The translations under genes were made by a program, and so were the position numbers. A stretch of DNA of 47,371 bases, taken from the NCBI GenBank assembly GCA_946611835.1, contig CAMOEE010000001.1:1-47371 (forward strand). Reading direction: 5' to 3'. Every line of letters begins with the position of its first letter. Position 1 is the first letter of the stretch. The stretch comes from an uncultured Treponema sp. Lineage in GTDB: Bacteria > Spirochaetota > Spirochaetia > Treponematales > Treponemataceae. The notes beneath the pieces were generated by a model, which was not told the DNA's origin, ran no database searches, and saw only the letters and a program-made list of their open reading frames with translations. This document shows, one piece after another, positions 27,512-36,075 of this stretch.

Positions 27512-27817
27512 CTACTGAATGTTAAGAATGTCCCGGAAGCCTGTGACATCGAAAATATCAAGAACAGTGTCACTGACATTCTTTACGACCATTCCGTCTT
27601 TCTTTGCGAATGCCTTGTGTGCTGAAAGGAGAACTCGCAATCCGGCAGATGAAATATACTCCATTTTTGAGCAGTCGATTACAAGTGCTGATGCGTCGCC
27701 AACAGCCTGAATCTCTTTCTCCAGCTCTGGAGCTGTGATAGTATCGAGCCTTCCCTCAATACCCAATGTTACAGAAGTTCCTTCCTGTGTTTTGTTGATA
27801 GTCATCTTTTCCTCCAT
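27512..27817 (-). CDS. STAS-domain anti-anti-sigma factor
   Basis: GRLDTITAPELE, IDCSKMEYISSAGLRVLL, IFDVTGF. Confidence 0.93.
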   Translation of the reverse strand: MEEKMTINKTQEGTSVTLGIEGRLDTITAPELEKEIQAVGDASALVIDCSKMEYISSAGLRVLLSAHKAFAKKDGMVVKNVSDTVLDIFDVTGFRDILNIQ

Positions 27818-28040
27818 AACAGAATATTTTATCCTAAAATTTTAATTTGACAATAAAAATTTTTAAGAATCAAACATCCTATAATCAATGTTCTAACCCC
27901 TTAAGTTTAGAACCACAACAAAAATTTTATGCCAGCAAAAGGAGAAGATACTCCCACTCCTCATCCAGCTGGATAAATTATAGCACATAATAAAAATTTT
28001 TTACAGACATATTTAAGAATATTTATAAAAAATTTTATAA

Positions 28041-28780
28041 GTAACAAATTTTCAACGCAAGGCAGAATCAGGGCTCGTCTACAAATTCATACACTTTAGT
28101 ACCAAAAAATCAACGCTTAAAAACAATATCGTTCGGTAGTCAGAATTCAGCAAGAATTGCGAATGAATCTGAAAAATCAAAATCAATTCTTTTTATTATA
28201 AGAAATTACCAAAGTAACAAATTTTCAACGCCATATACAAAAATAAAATTTACCGAACGGTAGTAACAAATTTCCAACGAAAAGACTGATTTTGGTAACA
28301 GATTTTCAACGAAAAATGTAAAAAAAACGAGTTTTTAAAAGAAAAAAATAAGGACAAAACCTTGAAATAAAAGAGGTAACAAATTCTCAACGCCTTCTAA
28401 AGGCAGAAATACTCGTCAGAACAAAGAAAAACAAGGATAAAGGCTGAAAACAGGTTCCAAGTAACAATTAAACAACGAAAAACAACATTTAATATAGAAG
28501 GAAAAGCAAAAAAGTCACATAATGACAACGATTAGCAACAAAATCCTGTGGAAAAACAAATTTCAGGTAACATTTTTACAACGAAAGGAAGATTCGCATA
28601 AATCCTTACATAAAAAGGAAATACGGAATCTTCTCAAAACAGCCGGTCACAATCTCTCAACGAAACCGTCACAAATTCACAACTTCTTCTATATAAACAA
28701 ATAGAATTCAAATAGTTTTTTAAAATTTAAACAAATAGTAAAATTCGTTAAAAAGTTAAAAACTGTTGCCTTTTTGTGAC
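28041..28780. repeat. Iteron array and AT-rich element: putative replication origin
   Basis: 17-mer GT[A/C]ACA-N6-CAACG at 28041, 28099 (degenerate), 28214, 28263, 28295, 28376, 28461, 28514, 28567, 28646, 28668 (ends CAACT), plus an inverted copy at 28764-28780; AT-rich 28690-28763 with CAAATAG x3; adjacent to repA. Confidence 0.88.
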
Positions 28781-28788
28781 CAGTCATT

Positions 28789-29757
28789 TTAGAGGTTTGC
28801 CGTAACAAGAACGTAGTGTTTGTCACTTGGAAGAATCACAGGCTTGCTTTTGGCAAAGGTTATACCGGAATTATCCTCTGCAATCGACACATTGAGGTCA
28901 GGATAATACTTGCTTTTTATAAGTTTTATCTGCTCCTTCAATGTGTTCCAGTTGACCCTTTCCTCAGACTCGTAGCTTTTTTCCTTTACGGGCAGGAACT
29001 GATTGACAAGCGATTCCCTCGAAATGAAAATCGGCTCAGTGATGCTGTTGTTGCGGTAGACGAACCAGGCGTACAAATCCTTTCCGACGACGCTTGATAT
29101 TTCCTTGTAGACACCGTAGTCAATCGGAACTGAGTGATCCTTCGAGAGCTTGGTGAATTTATCGGAGAGCACAATCGTAAGGCCTATGCTTTTCTTTTCC
29201 TTGCCGTTCTCGTCGATGTCAACATAGCTCATTGACTCGAAGAAAGGAACCACACCGCTTGTATGCCAGGTTGCCGTGACCTTTCCGTCAAGTTTTTCGT
29301 CCTCGCTGAAGAATTCCTTGAAAAGAACCTTATCTGTCTTCTGTGTCCTTTTCTCCCGGAATACGAATGAGGCTCCGGAGAAGCACTCCAGCTGTTCCTT
29401 AATTTCTTTGCCCCGCTGTTTGGGAAGCTGCAATTCATCCAGAAGCTGCTGTAATGATGTGTACTGAAGGATTACAGGCTTGTCCGAAGATGCTTCTTTG
29501 TCAAGGACGGCGTGAGTCGTCATAATCGTGAGCAGAAGACGCCCGTTTTTTCCGTAGGGAACCTTGATATCGCTCGTGAGCTTGAAGTTTATGTTGTTGT
29601 ATTTCCGCTCGAAGACATTTTTCTTGACATCTTTTAGAGGAAGGGCCGCTGCGATGAAGGGGCTGGCTATGTAGCTCCTGTATTTTTTTATGATTTCCCG
29701 GGATGTCGTCTCAATCGGGAAAAGCTCCTGAAGATATTTGTTATCGTTGTCAGTCAT
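28789..29757 (-). CDS. repA: Plasmid-type replication initiator (RepA_C-like family)
   Basis: AALPLKD..FERK, VPYGKNGRLLLTIMTTHAV (cf. LPYG..PRLLL...TEAV), HSVPID, DLYAWFVYR; start ATG 29757 next to the upstream stop. Confidence 0.82.
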   Translation of the reverse strand: MTDNDNKYLQELFPIETTSREIIKKYRSYIASPFIAAALPLKDVKKNVFERKYNNINFKLTSDIKVPYGKNGRLLLTIMTTHAVLDKEASSDKPVILQYTSLQQLLDELQLPKQRGKEIKEQLECFSGASFVFREKRTQKTDKVLFKEFFSEDEKLDGKVTATWHTSGVVPFFESMSYVDIDENGKEKKSIGLTIVLSDKFTKLSKDHSVPIDYGVYKEISSVVGKDLYAWFVYRNNSITEPIFISRESLVNQFLPVKEKSYESEERVNWNTLKEQIKLIKSKYYPDLNVSIAEDNSGITFAKSKPVILPSDKHYVLVTANL

Positions 29758-29758
29758 C

Positions 29759-30262
29759 TTAGCTTTCCTTGCGCTTGTATGAGTGCGAGCTGATTGAGAC
29801 CTTGCCGTTCTCCAGGTCTTCCTTGAAGTAGTCCATGGCGCACATGACAAAATGGTTCATTGAGACGCCTTTGAGGGCGCAGAATGACTTGAAGACGCTC
29901 CTCTCCCCTTTCGACATAGAGACCAGGAATTTTTCCTTTACCTCGCGGCGTGTCGGGCTTTTTGAAGTTTCTGCGGCTTCCTGAGTGGCAATTACCGATT
30001 GAGCCGTTATTTGCTGGGGTTGAATGGAAGCAGAAACTGTCTCTGCGTTGAGAATTTGTGACTCGTCATTTGAAATTTGAGCCTGATTTGCCTCCGGACG
30101 GGTATTTTGATTAGGACTTGTGTTTGAAGCCCTTAAAAGCCCTTCTCGTGCCCCTGGAGCTGTATTTACGCTTTCGGTCTGAGAAAAATTACTGTTGATT
30201 GCGGCTGCCAGCGGATCGACTTTTTTTGTTGCGCCTGCATTGTAATTCTGTGGAACTTTCAT
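29759..30262 (-). CDS. Partition adaptor: disordered N-terminus + C-terminal ribbon-helix-helix (type Ib ParB/ParG-like)
   Basis: Coupled to parA (TAATG overlap); KEKFLVSMSKGERSVFKSFCALKGVSMNHFV fits an RHH fold. Confidence 0.68.
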   Translation of the reverse strand: MKVPQNYNAGATKKVDPLAAAINSNFSQTESVNTAPGAREGLLRASNTSPNQNTRPEANQAQISNDESQILNAETVSASIQPQQITAQSVIATQEAAETSKSPTRREVKEKFLVSMSKGERSVFKSFCALKGVSMNHFVMCAMDYFKEDLENGKVSISSHSYKRKES

Positions 30263-31014
30263 TATTTTGTCATCTCCCTGATAATTGAGTCGATTGCGTC
30301 TGTTGTTTCCTTTCGGGCGGTGATTGCCTTATCCTGAATGCAGTTCTTCAGGATTTGAGCCTTTACGAAAGATGTGTCAGTCGGAATAGTGAGGAACTGG
30401 GTGTCGTCGAAATTCTTCATGAAGTTCTCGGCAAAGAGCGACTGGAACTTCATTCGCTTGTCCTGCTGGTTGAGTATGACGAAAGAGATTTTTTCGAGAA
30501 GGTCCTTGCAGCGGATTTCTTTTGTCGTGGTGATGAGGTTTTCTATGAGCGTCTGGAATCCGTCGGCCGAGAACTGGTCCAGCTTAAGGACAGGAACGAT
30601 TACATCGGCGCAGTTTGCGATGCCTTTCTCGAAGTCGCCGAAAGCCGGAGAGGTGTCAAAAATGAGATAGTCGAAATCTTTGAGGGCCGGGAAAACCGTA
30701 TCCTCGAAGGCGTAGTAGTTCCTTGTGCTTGCGGCAAAGCTCTGCAGGCCTCCGTTGATTGCGAATGTCGGCAGCAGGAAAAGATTGTCGAAGTGAGTCT
30801 GAACGAGGCAGTTCTCCACCTTAATTTTCCCAGTGAGGACATCAGAAAGCTCGTACTGGAAATTCTTTGAGAGCCATGATGACGAGTTGCCCTGAGGGTC
30901 ACAGTCGGCCAGGACTGTCTTGTAGCCCCGGCGCGCAAGTTCGATCGCACAGGTGACCGAAATGCTGGTTTTTCCGGTTCCGCCCTTGCGATTCAAGAAA
31001 ACGAAAGATTTCAT
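30262..31014 (-). CDS. parA: ParA-family partition ATPase
   Basis: Deviant Walker A RKGGTGKTS, DCDPQGN, FDYLIFDTSP; no N-terminal HTH. Confidence 0.93.
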   Translation of the reverse strand: MKSFVFLNRKGGTGKTSISVTCAIELARRGYKTVLADCDPQGNSSSWLSKNFQYELSDVLTGKIKVENCLVQTHFDNLFLLPTFAINGGLQSFAASTRNYYAFEDTVFPALKDFDYLIFDTSPAFGDFEKGIANCADVIVPVLKLDQFSADGFQTLIENLITTTKEIRCKDLLEKISFVILNQQDKRMKFQSLFAENFMKNFDDTQFLTIPTDTSFVKAQILKNCIQDKAITARKETTDAIDSIIREMTK

Positions 31015-31069
31015 AAATTTTCCCACCTTTTTGAATTTTTTATCCCCTGCGGGATTTCAGCAAAAATCA

Positions 31070-31230
31070 TAAAAATTATATATTTATATTTATATAGCAT
31101 TTTCTATATTAAATCAACTATGAAAATATAATAAAGAATATTAAAATAGATAGTAAAAAGAATATTAATAAAGATATAATAATATTAAAAAGTATATATT
31201 TATATAAATATAGCACAAAAATTGAATTTA
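31070..31230. promoter_or_regulatory. Extremely AT-rich par promoter region, candidate centromere (parS)
   Basis: Two copies of TATATATTTATAT...ATATAGCA near 31077 and 31193. Confidence 0.4.
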
Positions 31231-31326
31231 ACGGGCCCCCGGAATTTAATTTGAGTAATTTTATCACCTGAAGAAAAATGGCCCGATTTTAAAGATTCCT
31301 TTCATTTTTTCCGACAATAATAACCT

Positions 31327-31518
31327 ATGGAAAACAAGACTGAACGAACGCTTTATAAAATCCGTTATGTCGGCGAAGACTGCGACTTTTTTGAGCCGAA
31401 CAAAATCTATCTCTGCGTTGGCGAGATTGTCGAAGGCCCTCAGAAAGGCTCCCTTTTCGTAATCAATGAGATGGGCGAAGACTACCTCTACGACTCTGAG
31501 AAATTCGAGCGCGTGTAA
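31327..31518 (+). CDS. Small hypothetical protein
   Basis: 63 aa with protein-like composition, ending VINEMGEDYLYDSEKFERV. Confidence 0.65.
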   Translation: MENKTERTLYKIRYVGEDCDFFEPNKIYLCVGEIVEGPQKGSLFVINEMGEDYLYDSEKFERV

Positions 31519-31560
31519 ATTTTTCTTTCTAAAAATCTGAATTCGCTTTATACTTGAAGA

Positions 31561-32022
31561 ATGAGTGAATATCTGGATTTTATCCTTTCTCATCTTCCCT
31601 GGTTCTGGGTGGGCGTGATGATCTTCTGCCTTATTTTCGAGGCCGTGTCTTTTACGCTCACTACTGTCTGGGCAGCGGTTTCTGCCCTGCTCATGATTTT
31701 CCTTTCCCGCACAGCTCTTCCTCTCCGCTGGCAGCTTCTGGTTTTCTTCCTGATAACGATTCTTCTGATGATTTTTACCCGGCCTTTTGCTGTCAAAAAA
31801 CTGAGGCTCGGCCGTGTGACTACGAATGTAAATTCGCTTGACGGTCAGGAAGTCCTCGTCGTCAAGAAAATCACACGCTTTGATAAGGGCGAGGTCAAGG
31901 CCTCTAACGGTGTCCTGTGGACTGCGATAGGGGAGGGGAGCGGGGAAATAGCAAAGGGAGAGGTTTGCCTTGTCGCTCGTGTAGAAGGAAATACGCTTGT
32001 AGTTAAAGCAAAGGAGAAATAA
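31561..32022 (+). CDS. NfeD-family membrane protein
   Basis: Hydrophobic N-terminus, TNVNSLDG, OB-fold GEVKASNGVLWTA...VEGNTLVV; paired with an SPFH gene. Confidence 0.9.
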   Translation: MSEYLDFILSHLPWFWVGVMIFCLIFEAVSFTLTTVWAAVSALLMIFLSRTALPLRWQLLVFFLITILLMIFTRPFAVKKLRLGRVTTNVNSLDGQEVLVVKKITRFDKGEVKASNGVLWTAIGEGSGEIAKGEVCLVARVEGNTLVVKAKEK

Positions 32023-32025
32023 AAA

Positions 32026-32910
32026 ATGATGATACCTGTCTTTATTGTCGTTCTGTTCGTTGTTTTCGTGATGATTGTCGCGAATGTCCGTGTGGTTCCC
32101 CAGTCCAGGGCCTGCATTATAGAGAGGCTCGGGGCCTATCACACGACATGGCAGGTGGGCTTCCATGTTAAGCTCCCTTTCTTTGACCGCATTGCCAATT
32201 CGATGTCGCTCAAAGAGAAGGTCATGGATTTTCCGCCCCAGCCTGTTATCACAAAGGATAATGTCACGATTCAGATTGACACAGTGGTTTACTGTCAGGT
32301 CACAGACCCGAAGCTGTACACTTACGGAGTCGAAAGCCCGAATTTCGCACTGGAGAACCTTACTTCGACCACAATCCGAAACATCATCGGTGAGCTGGAG
32401 CTTGACGAGACCCTTACCAGCCGCGATGTAATCAACACGAAGATGAGGAGCATCCTTGACGAGGCGACCGACCCATGGGGTATCAAGGTCACCAGGGTTG
32501 AGGTAAAGAACATCGACCCTCCAAAGGCCATTCAGGAAGCGATGGAAAAGCAGATGAGGGCTGAGCGGGAGAGGCGAGAGCAGATTCTTATTGCCGAGGG
32601 GCACAAGCAGAGCGCAATCCTTGAGGCTGAGGGAAAAAAGCAGGCCATGATCCTTGAGGCCGAGGCACAGAAAGAAGCCGCAGTGCAGAAGGCAAAGGGT
32701 GAGGCTGAGGCAATTCTTGAGGTACAGAAGGCTACGGCTCAGGGAATCCAGATGATTCGTGAGGCTGGGGCCGATGATGCGGTAATCAAACTTAAGAGCC
32801 TTGAGACTTTTGCCAAAGTAAGCGAAGGTGAAGCCACGAAAATCATAATTCCTTCAGATATACAGAATATGGCCGGTTTTCTGGCAAGCGCAAAGGAACT
32901 TCTTAAATAA
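32026..32910 (+). CDS. SPFH/band 7 (QmcA-like) protein
   Basis: IIERLG.YH, PPQPVITKDNV, WGIKVTRVE, MEKQMRAERERR. Confidence 0.95.
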   Translation: MMIPVFIVVLFVVFVMIVANVRVVPQSRACIIERLGAYHTTWQVGFHVKLPFFDRIANSMSLKEKVMDFPPQPVITKDNVTIQIDTVVYCQVTDPKLYTYGVESPNFALENLTSTTIRNIIGELELDETLTSRDVINTKMRSILDEATDPWGIKVTRVEVKNIDPPKAIQEAMEKQMRAERERREQILIAEGHKQSAILEAEGKKQAMILEAEAQKEAAVQKAKGEAEAILEVQKATAQGIQMIREAGADDAVIKLKSLETFAKVSEGEATKIIIPSDIQNMAGFLASAKELLK

Positions 32911-32932
32911 AAAAGTCACATTCTGACAAAAA

Positions 32933-32979
32933 GAGGCTGCCCTTTGTGAAGTTTTTGTCTAACTTCCAGGGCAGCCCCC
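32933..32979. terminator. Hairpin between convergent genes
   Basis: GGCTGCCCT...AGGGCAGCC enclosing GAAGTT/AACTTC. Confidence 0.6.
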
Positions 32980-32994
32980 ATGTCTTGTTTTATT

Positions 32995-35952
32995 CTAGTT
33001 CAAATCATTGAATTTTCCGTCGTTATTTAGTGCCAGGAATGCATCTACGACCTTCGGATCGAACTGACTTCCTGAGCACCTTTTTATTTCCTCAACGATG
33101 AAGTCGAGGGGAAGCTTTTTCCTGTAAGGACGGGTCGAGCTCATTGCGTCGAAGGTGTCGGCCACGGCGATGATTCGGGCTACCCATGGAATTGAGGTTC
33201 CTGAAATGCCTGTAGGGTAGCCTTTTCCGTCAAAGCGCTCGTGGTGGAACCTGGCACCCTGGGCCAAATCTTCCTGAATCTTCACATCCTTTAAAATCTC
33301 GTAGCCCCTCTGGGGGTGGCTTTTCATAATCGCAAATTCCTCGTCGGTGAGCTTTGCGGGTTTCTTTAAGATTTCGTCCGGGACTGCGATTTTTCCGATG
33401 TCGTGGAGCAGGGCTATATTATAGTATTTGTTGACGATTTCCTTTTTTTCTCCGAGCTGCTCCGCCAGCATCTTTGTGTATTTTGCGACACGGTGGGCGT
33501 GGCCGTTGGTGTATTCGTCCTTGCCGTCGATACAGTTTGCGAATGCCTCGATGATGGCGTTCGTGAATTCTTGTTCTTTTTTTGACTTGACCTGCATCTT
33601 GTGGAATTTGATGTGGATAGTCTGTGCAGTAATCAGAAGTGCGATCAGAATGAGGGCCGGCCAGAACCATGGGCGTTGCCAGAGAAAAGGTTTTTTGATT
33701 ATATGAACCGGCTCTGACGGTATGCCCTGAACCCCGTCGTTGTTCTGCGCAACTACAGTGAATTCGTATTTGCCGGGCTTGAGGTTGGTGTAAGAGGCGA
33801 GACGGAGATTTTCCCAGTCAGAGTAGTTTTTGTCGAAGCCGGAGAGCTTCTGTCTGAATCTGACTTTGTCAGGTGCAACAAAACTCAGTCCGGTATATTT
33901 TATTGAAAGTCGTTTTGCGGAAGGCGGAATTATGATTTCCTGACCGTGGTAGTCAAAAATCTCGTTGTCGATTGCGTATTGCTGGATTTCGATGTTTGGG
34001 GCAAGGTTGTTCTTGGAAAGAGTTTTCGGATCATAGGTCGCGAATCCGTCTACCAGAGGAAAATAAATGCGTCCTTCCGGGTCCTCGTGGGCGAATGATG
34101 TTGATGTGACGCCGCTTGTTGAGAGCCCCTCAGTTTTTCCGTAAATCTGAACATTGAATTTCGATTTTTTGCCTGAAATTACATATTCAAGCTCGTTCAT
34201 GGGCACTGAGATGATGCCTTTGTTAGTCGTAATCCATGCACTTCCTTTTTTGTCTATCAGAAGCTGGAATACGCTGTCCGTTCCAAGGCCGTTTTTTGAG
34301 GAAACAGAGTGGAAGGAGTCAGTTTTTTCATCAAATTTTGAGAGGCCCGTTCCTGTGCCGACCCAGATGCTTCCGTTCAGGAAGGAAATTTTGAAGATTA
34401 CATTCCCTGCGAGTCCGTCGTCAGTCGTGTAATTGCGGAGAATATTTTCGTCTTTGAGGACATAGATACCTCCTCCGTTCGTTCCGACCCAAATCTGTTT
34501 TTGTGAGTCCTCATAGAGCCACATGATGTAGTCGTTGCCTAAACCGTCCTTTTTTGTGAGCGTTCTGATCCTGCCGTCATGGTGGATTATGCTGAGCCCT
34601 GTTGAGGTTCCTACATAATAGTCGCCGGAAGAAGATTTTATGGAAACCCTGGCCTTGAAGCCAGCCAGTCCGTCCTTGACCGAGTATTTTTTGATTTTTC
34701 CGTCTTCAAAAAGACATATTTGCGGAATGTCGTAGGAGAAGCTTGTGACCAGAAGCTCGTTTGTGTCTGTCAGGGCGACATGGCGGATTCTCGTTCCTTT
34801 GGTGAGGCGGGTCAGCTCGTTCTGGATGAATTTGTTGTCCTGGTAGCAGTAAACGCCGTCATCGGTTGCGAGCCAGGTTACATTGCGGAAATTGTCCCTG
34901 CATATTGCGTTTACGGCGAAGTCCATGCTGACTGTGTGGAATTTGCTCAGCGTGAGTTTTTGAAGCCCGCCCCGGTTCAGTGCCACCCAGAAATTTCCTT
35001 CCCTGTCTTCGATTATGGCAACGACGGCATCATCGTTAAGTCCGTTCCTTTTGTCCATGTAAGAATATTTTCCGTCATGAAGGACTGTGATTCCTGAGTG
35101 GGTGGCGAACCAGTAATTCCCCTGACTGTCTTCAAGGACACCAAGAACGAGGGCGTTGGACTTGTGATCGTGGGAGACATCGAAAAATGACTCTTTGCCG
35201 TCCTTTACACGGATTGCAAGGTTCTTGCCTGTACAGAACCAGAGGGCACCTTTCTTGTCCTCGTTGACAGCTAAAATTTCTTCGCTGCTTATGCTTTCCA
35301 GTCCCTGGTATCTTTCAATTTTCGTCTGCTCAGGATTGATTACGAAAAGCTTTCCCTTGTGGCCGGTTATAATCCAGAGCCGGCCCGTACTGTCGCAGGT
35401 AATCTCTGCCACCACGATGTTCTCGTTTTCGACGGCTTTAAGAAAATCCGGCGTTACGGTCTTAAAATCTGGTGTGATGTAGCTGACGCCGATTGCAGTT
35501 CCCACCCAGATGTTGCCTTTTTTGTCCTCGCAGATGGCATTTATCTTGTTGTTGACCAGGCCGTTTTCCTTCGTGAATTTGACGATTTCTCCGTTCGGTT
35601 TGAAGCATGAGATTCCCTCGTCGTTGTGACCGACCCAGATATTGTCCCGTGAGTCCTGGTAGAGGTCATGGGCTGATGCAAAGTCGTACTTTTCGTCATG
35701 GGCCCTGCTGAAAATGGTGAATTCAAGTCCGTCGAAGCGGACAAGTCCGTCGTATGTTGCGATGTAGATGTATCCTTTTTTGTCCTGAATGACTTTGTTA
35801 ACGGTCATACCGGGAAGACCTTCCTCAGTCGTCCATGTCTTTGCCACATAATTCTCGATGAAAGACTGGTCTTTTCCGATATTTTCAATTTTTTGACCGA
35901 AAATGCTGATGGAGAATGCTGACAGCAAGAGCAGAATCGCATGTTTTTTCAT
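32995..35952 (-). CDS. Beta-propeller (Reg_prop) + Y_Y_Y sensor fused to an HD-GYP phosphodiesterase
   Basis: Signal peptide, many D..G.(I/Y)WVGT repeats, YTNLKPGKYEF, one TM, HAHRVA, LLHDIGK, HHERFDGKGYP. Confidence 0.92.
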   Translation of the reverse strand: MKKHAILLLLSAFSISIFGQKIENIGKDQSFIENYVAKTWTTEEGLPGMTVNKVIQDKKGYIYIATYDGLVRFDGLEFTIFSRAHDEKYDFASAHDLYQDSRDNIWVGHNDEGISCFKPNGEIVKFTKENGLVNNKINAICEDKKGNIWVGTAIGVSYITPDFKTVTPDFLKAVENENIVVAEITCDSTGRLWIITGHKGKLFVINPEQTKIERYQGLESISSEEILAVNEDKKGALWFCTGKNLAIRVKDGKESFFDVSHDHKSNALVLGVLEDSQGNYWFATHSGITVLHDGKYSYMDKRNGLNDDAVVAIIEDREGNFWVALNRGGLQKLTLSKFHTVSMDFAVNAICRDNFRNVTWLATDDGVYCYQDNKFIQNELTRLTKGTRIRHVALTDTNELLVTSFSYDIPQICLFEDGKIKKYSVKDGLAGFKARVSIKSSSGDYYVGTSTGLSIIHHDGRIRTLTKKDGLGNDYIMWLYEDSQKQIWVGTNGGGIYVLKDENILRNYTTDDGLAGNVIFKISFLNGSIWVGTGTGLSKFDEKTDSFHSVSSKNGLGTDSVFQLLIDKKGSAWITTNKGIISVPMNELEYVISGKKSKFNVQIYGKTEGLSTSGVTSTSFAHEDPEGRIYFPLVDGFATYDPKTLSKNNLAPNIEIQQYAIDNEIFDYHGQEIIIPPSAKRLSIKYTGLSFVAPDKVRFRQKLSGFDKNYSDWENLRLASYTNLKPGKYEFTVVAQNNDGVQGIPSEPVHIIKKPFLWQRPWFWPALILIALLITAQTIHIKFHKMQVKSKKEQEFTNAIIEAFANCIDGKDEYTNGHAHRVAKYTKMLAEQLGEKKEIVNKYYNIALLHDIGKIAVPDEILKKPAKLTDEEFAIMKSHPQRGYEILKDVKIQEDLAQGARFHHERFDGKGYPTGISGTSIPWVARIIAVADTFDAMSSTRPYRKKLPLDFIVEEIKRCSGSQFDPKVVDAFLALNNDGKFNDLN

Positions 35953-36075
35953 AAGGAAATAATCTCCCTTTACAATGGAATAATAGCAAACAGAATAAAA
36001 TAGCGTTTAAATTATCTTTAAACTATAGCACCGTTTTTCTTGCAGGTCAAAGAAAAAGAGTTTATAATAGAAGAC

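Noticed and set aside
28041-28684. Repeats read as a CRISPR array
   Set aside because: Units are 17 bp with a variable centre, gaps range from 5 to about 100 bp, there are no cas genes, and repA is adjacent; iterons fit better.
28522-28704. 60-aa ORF in the origin region
   Set aside because: Runs across iterons, has no RBS and low-complexity composition.
29758-29850. N-terminal extension of RepA in the ORF track
   Set aside because: Overlaps the adaptor gene out of frame; ATG 29757 lies right after its stop.
28789-31014. Prophage or ICE interpretation of rep/par
   Set aside because: No integrase, relaxase, phage structural gene, tRNA or flanking direct repeat seen in the window; cannot be excluded beyond it.
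31264-32604. 446-aa minus-strand ORF
   Set aside because: Antisense to three well-supported plus-strand genes.
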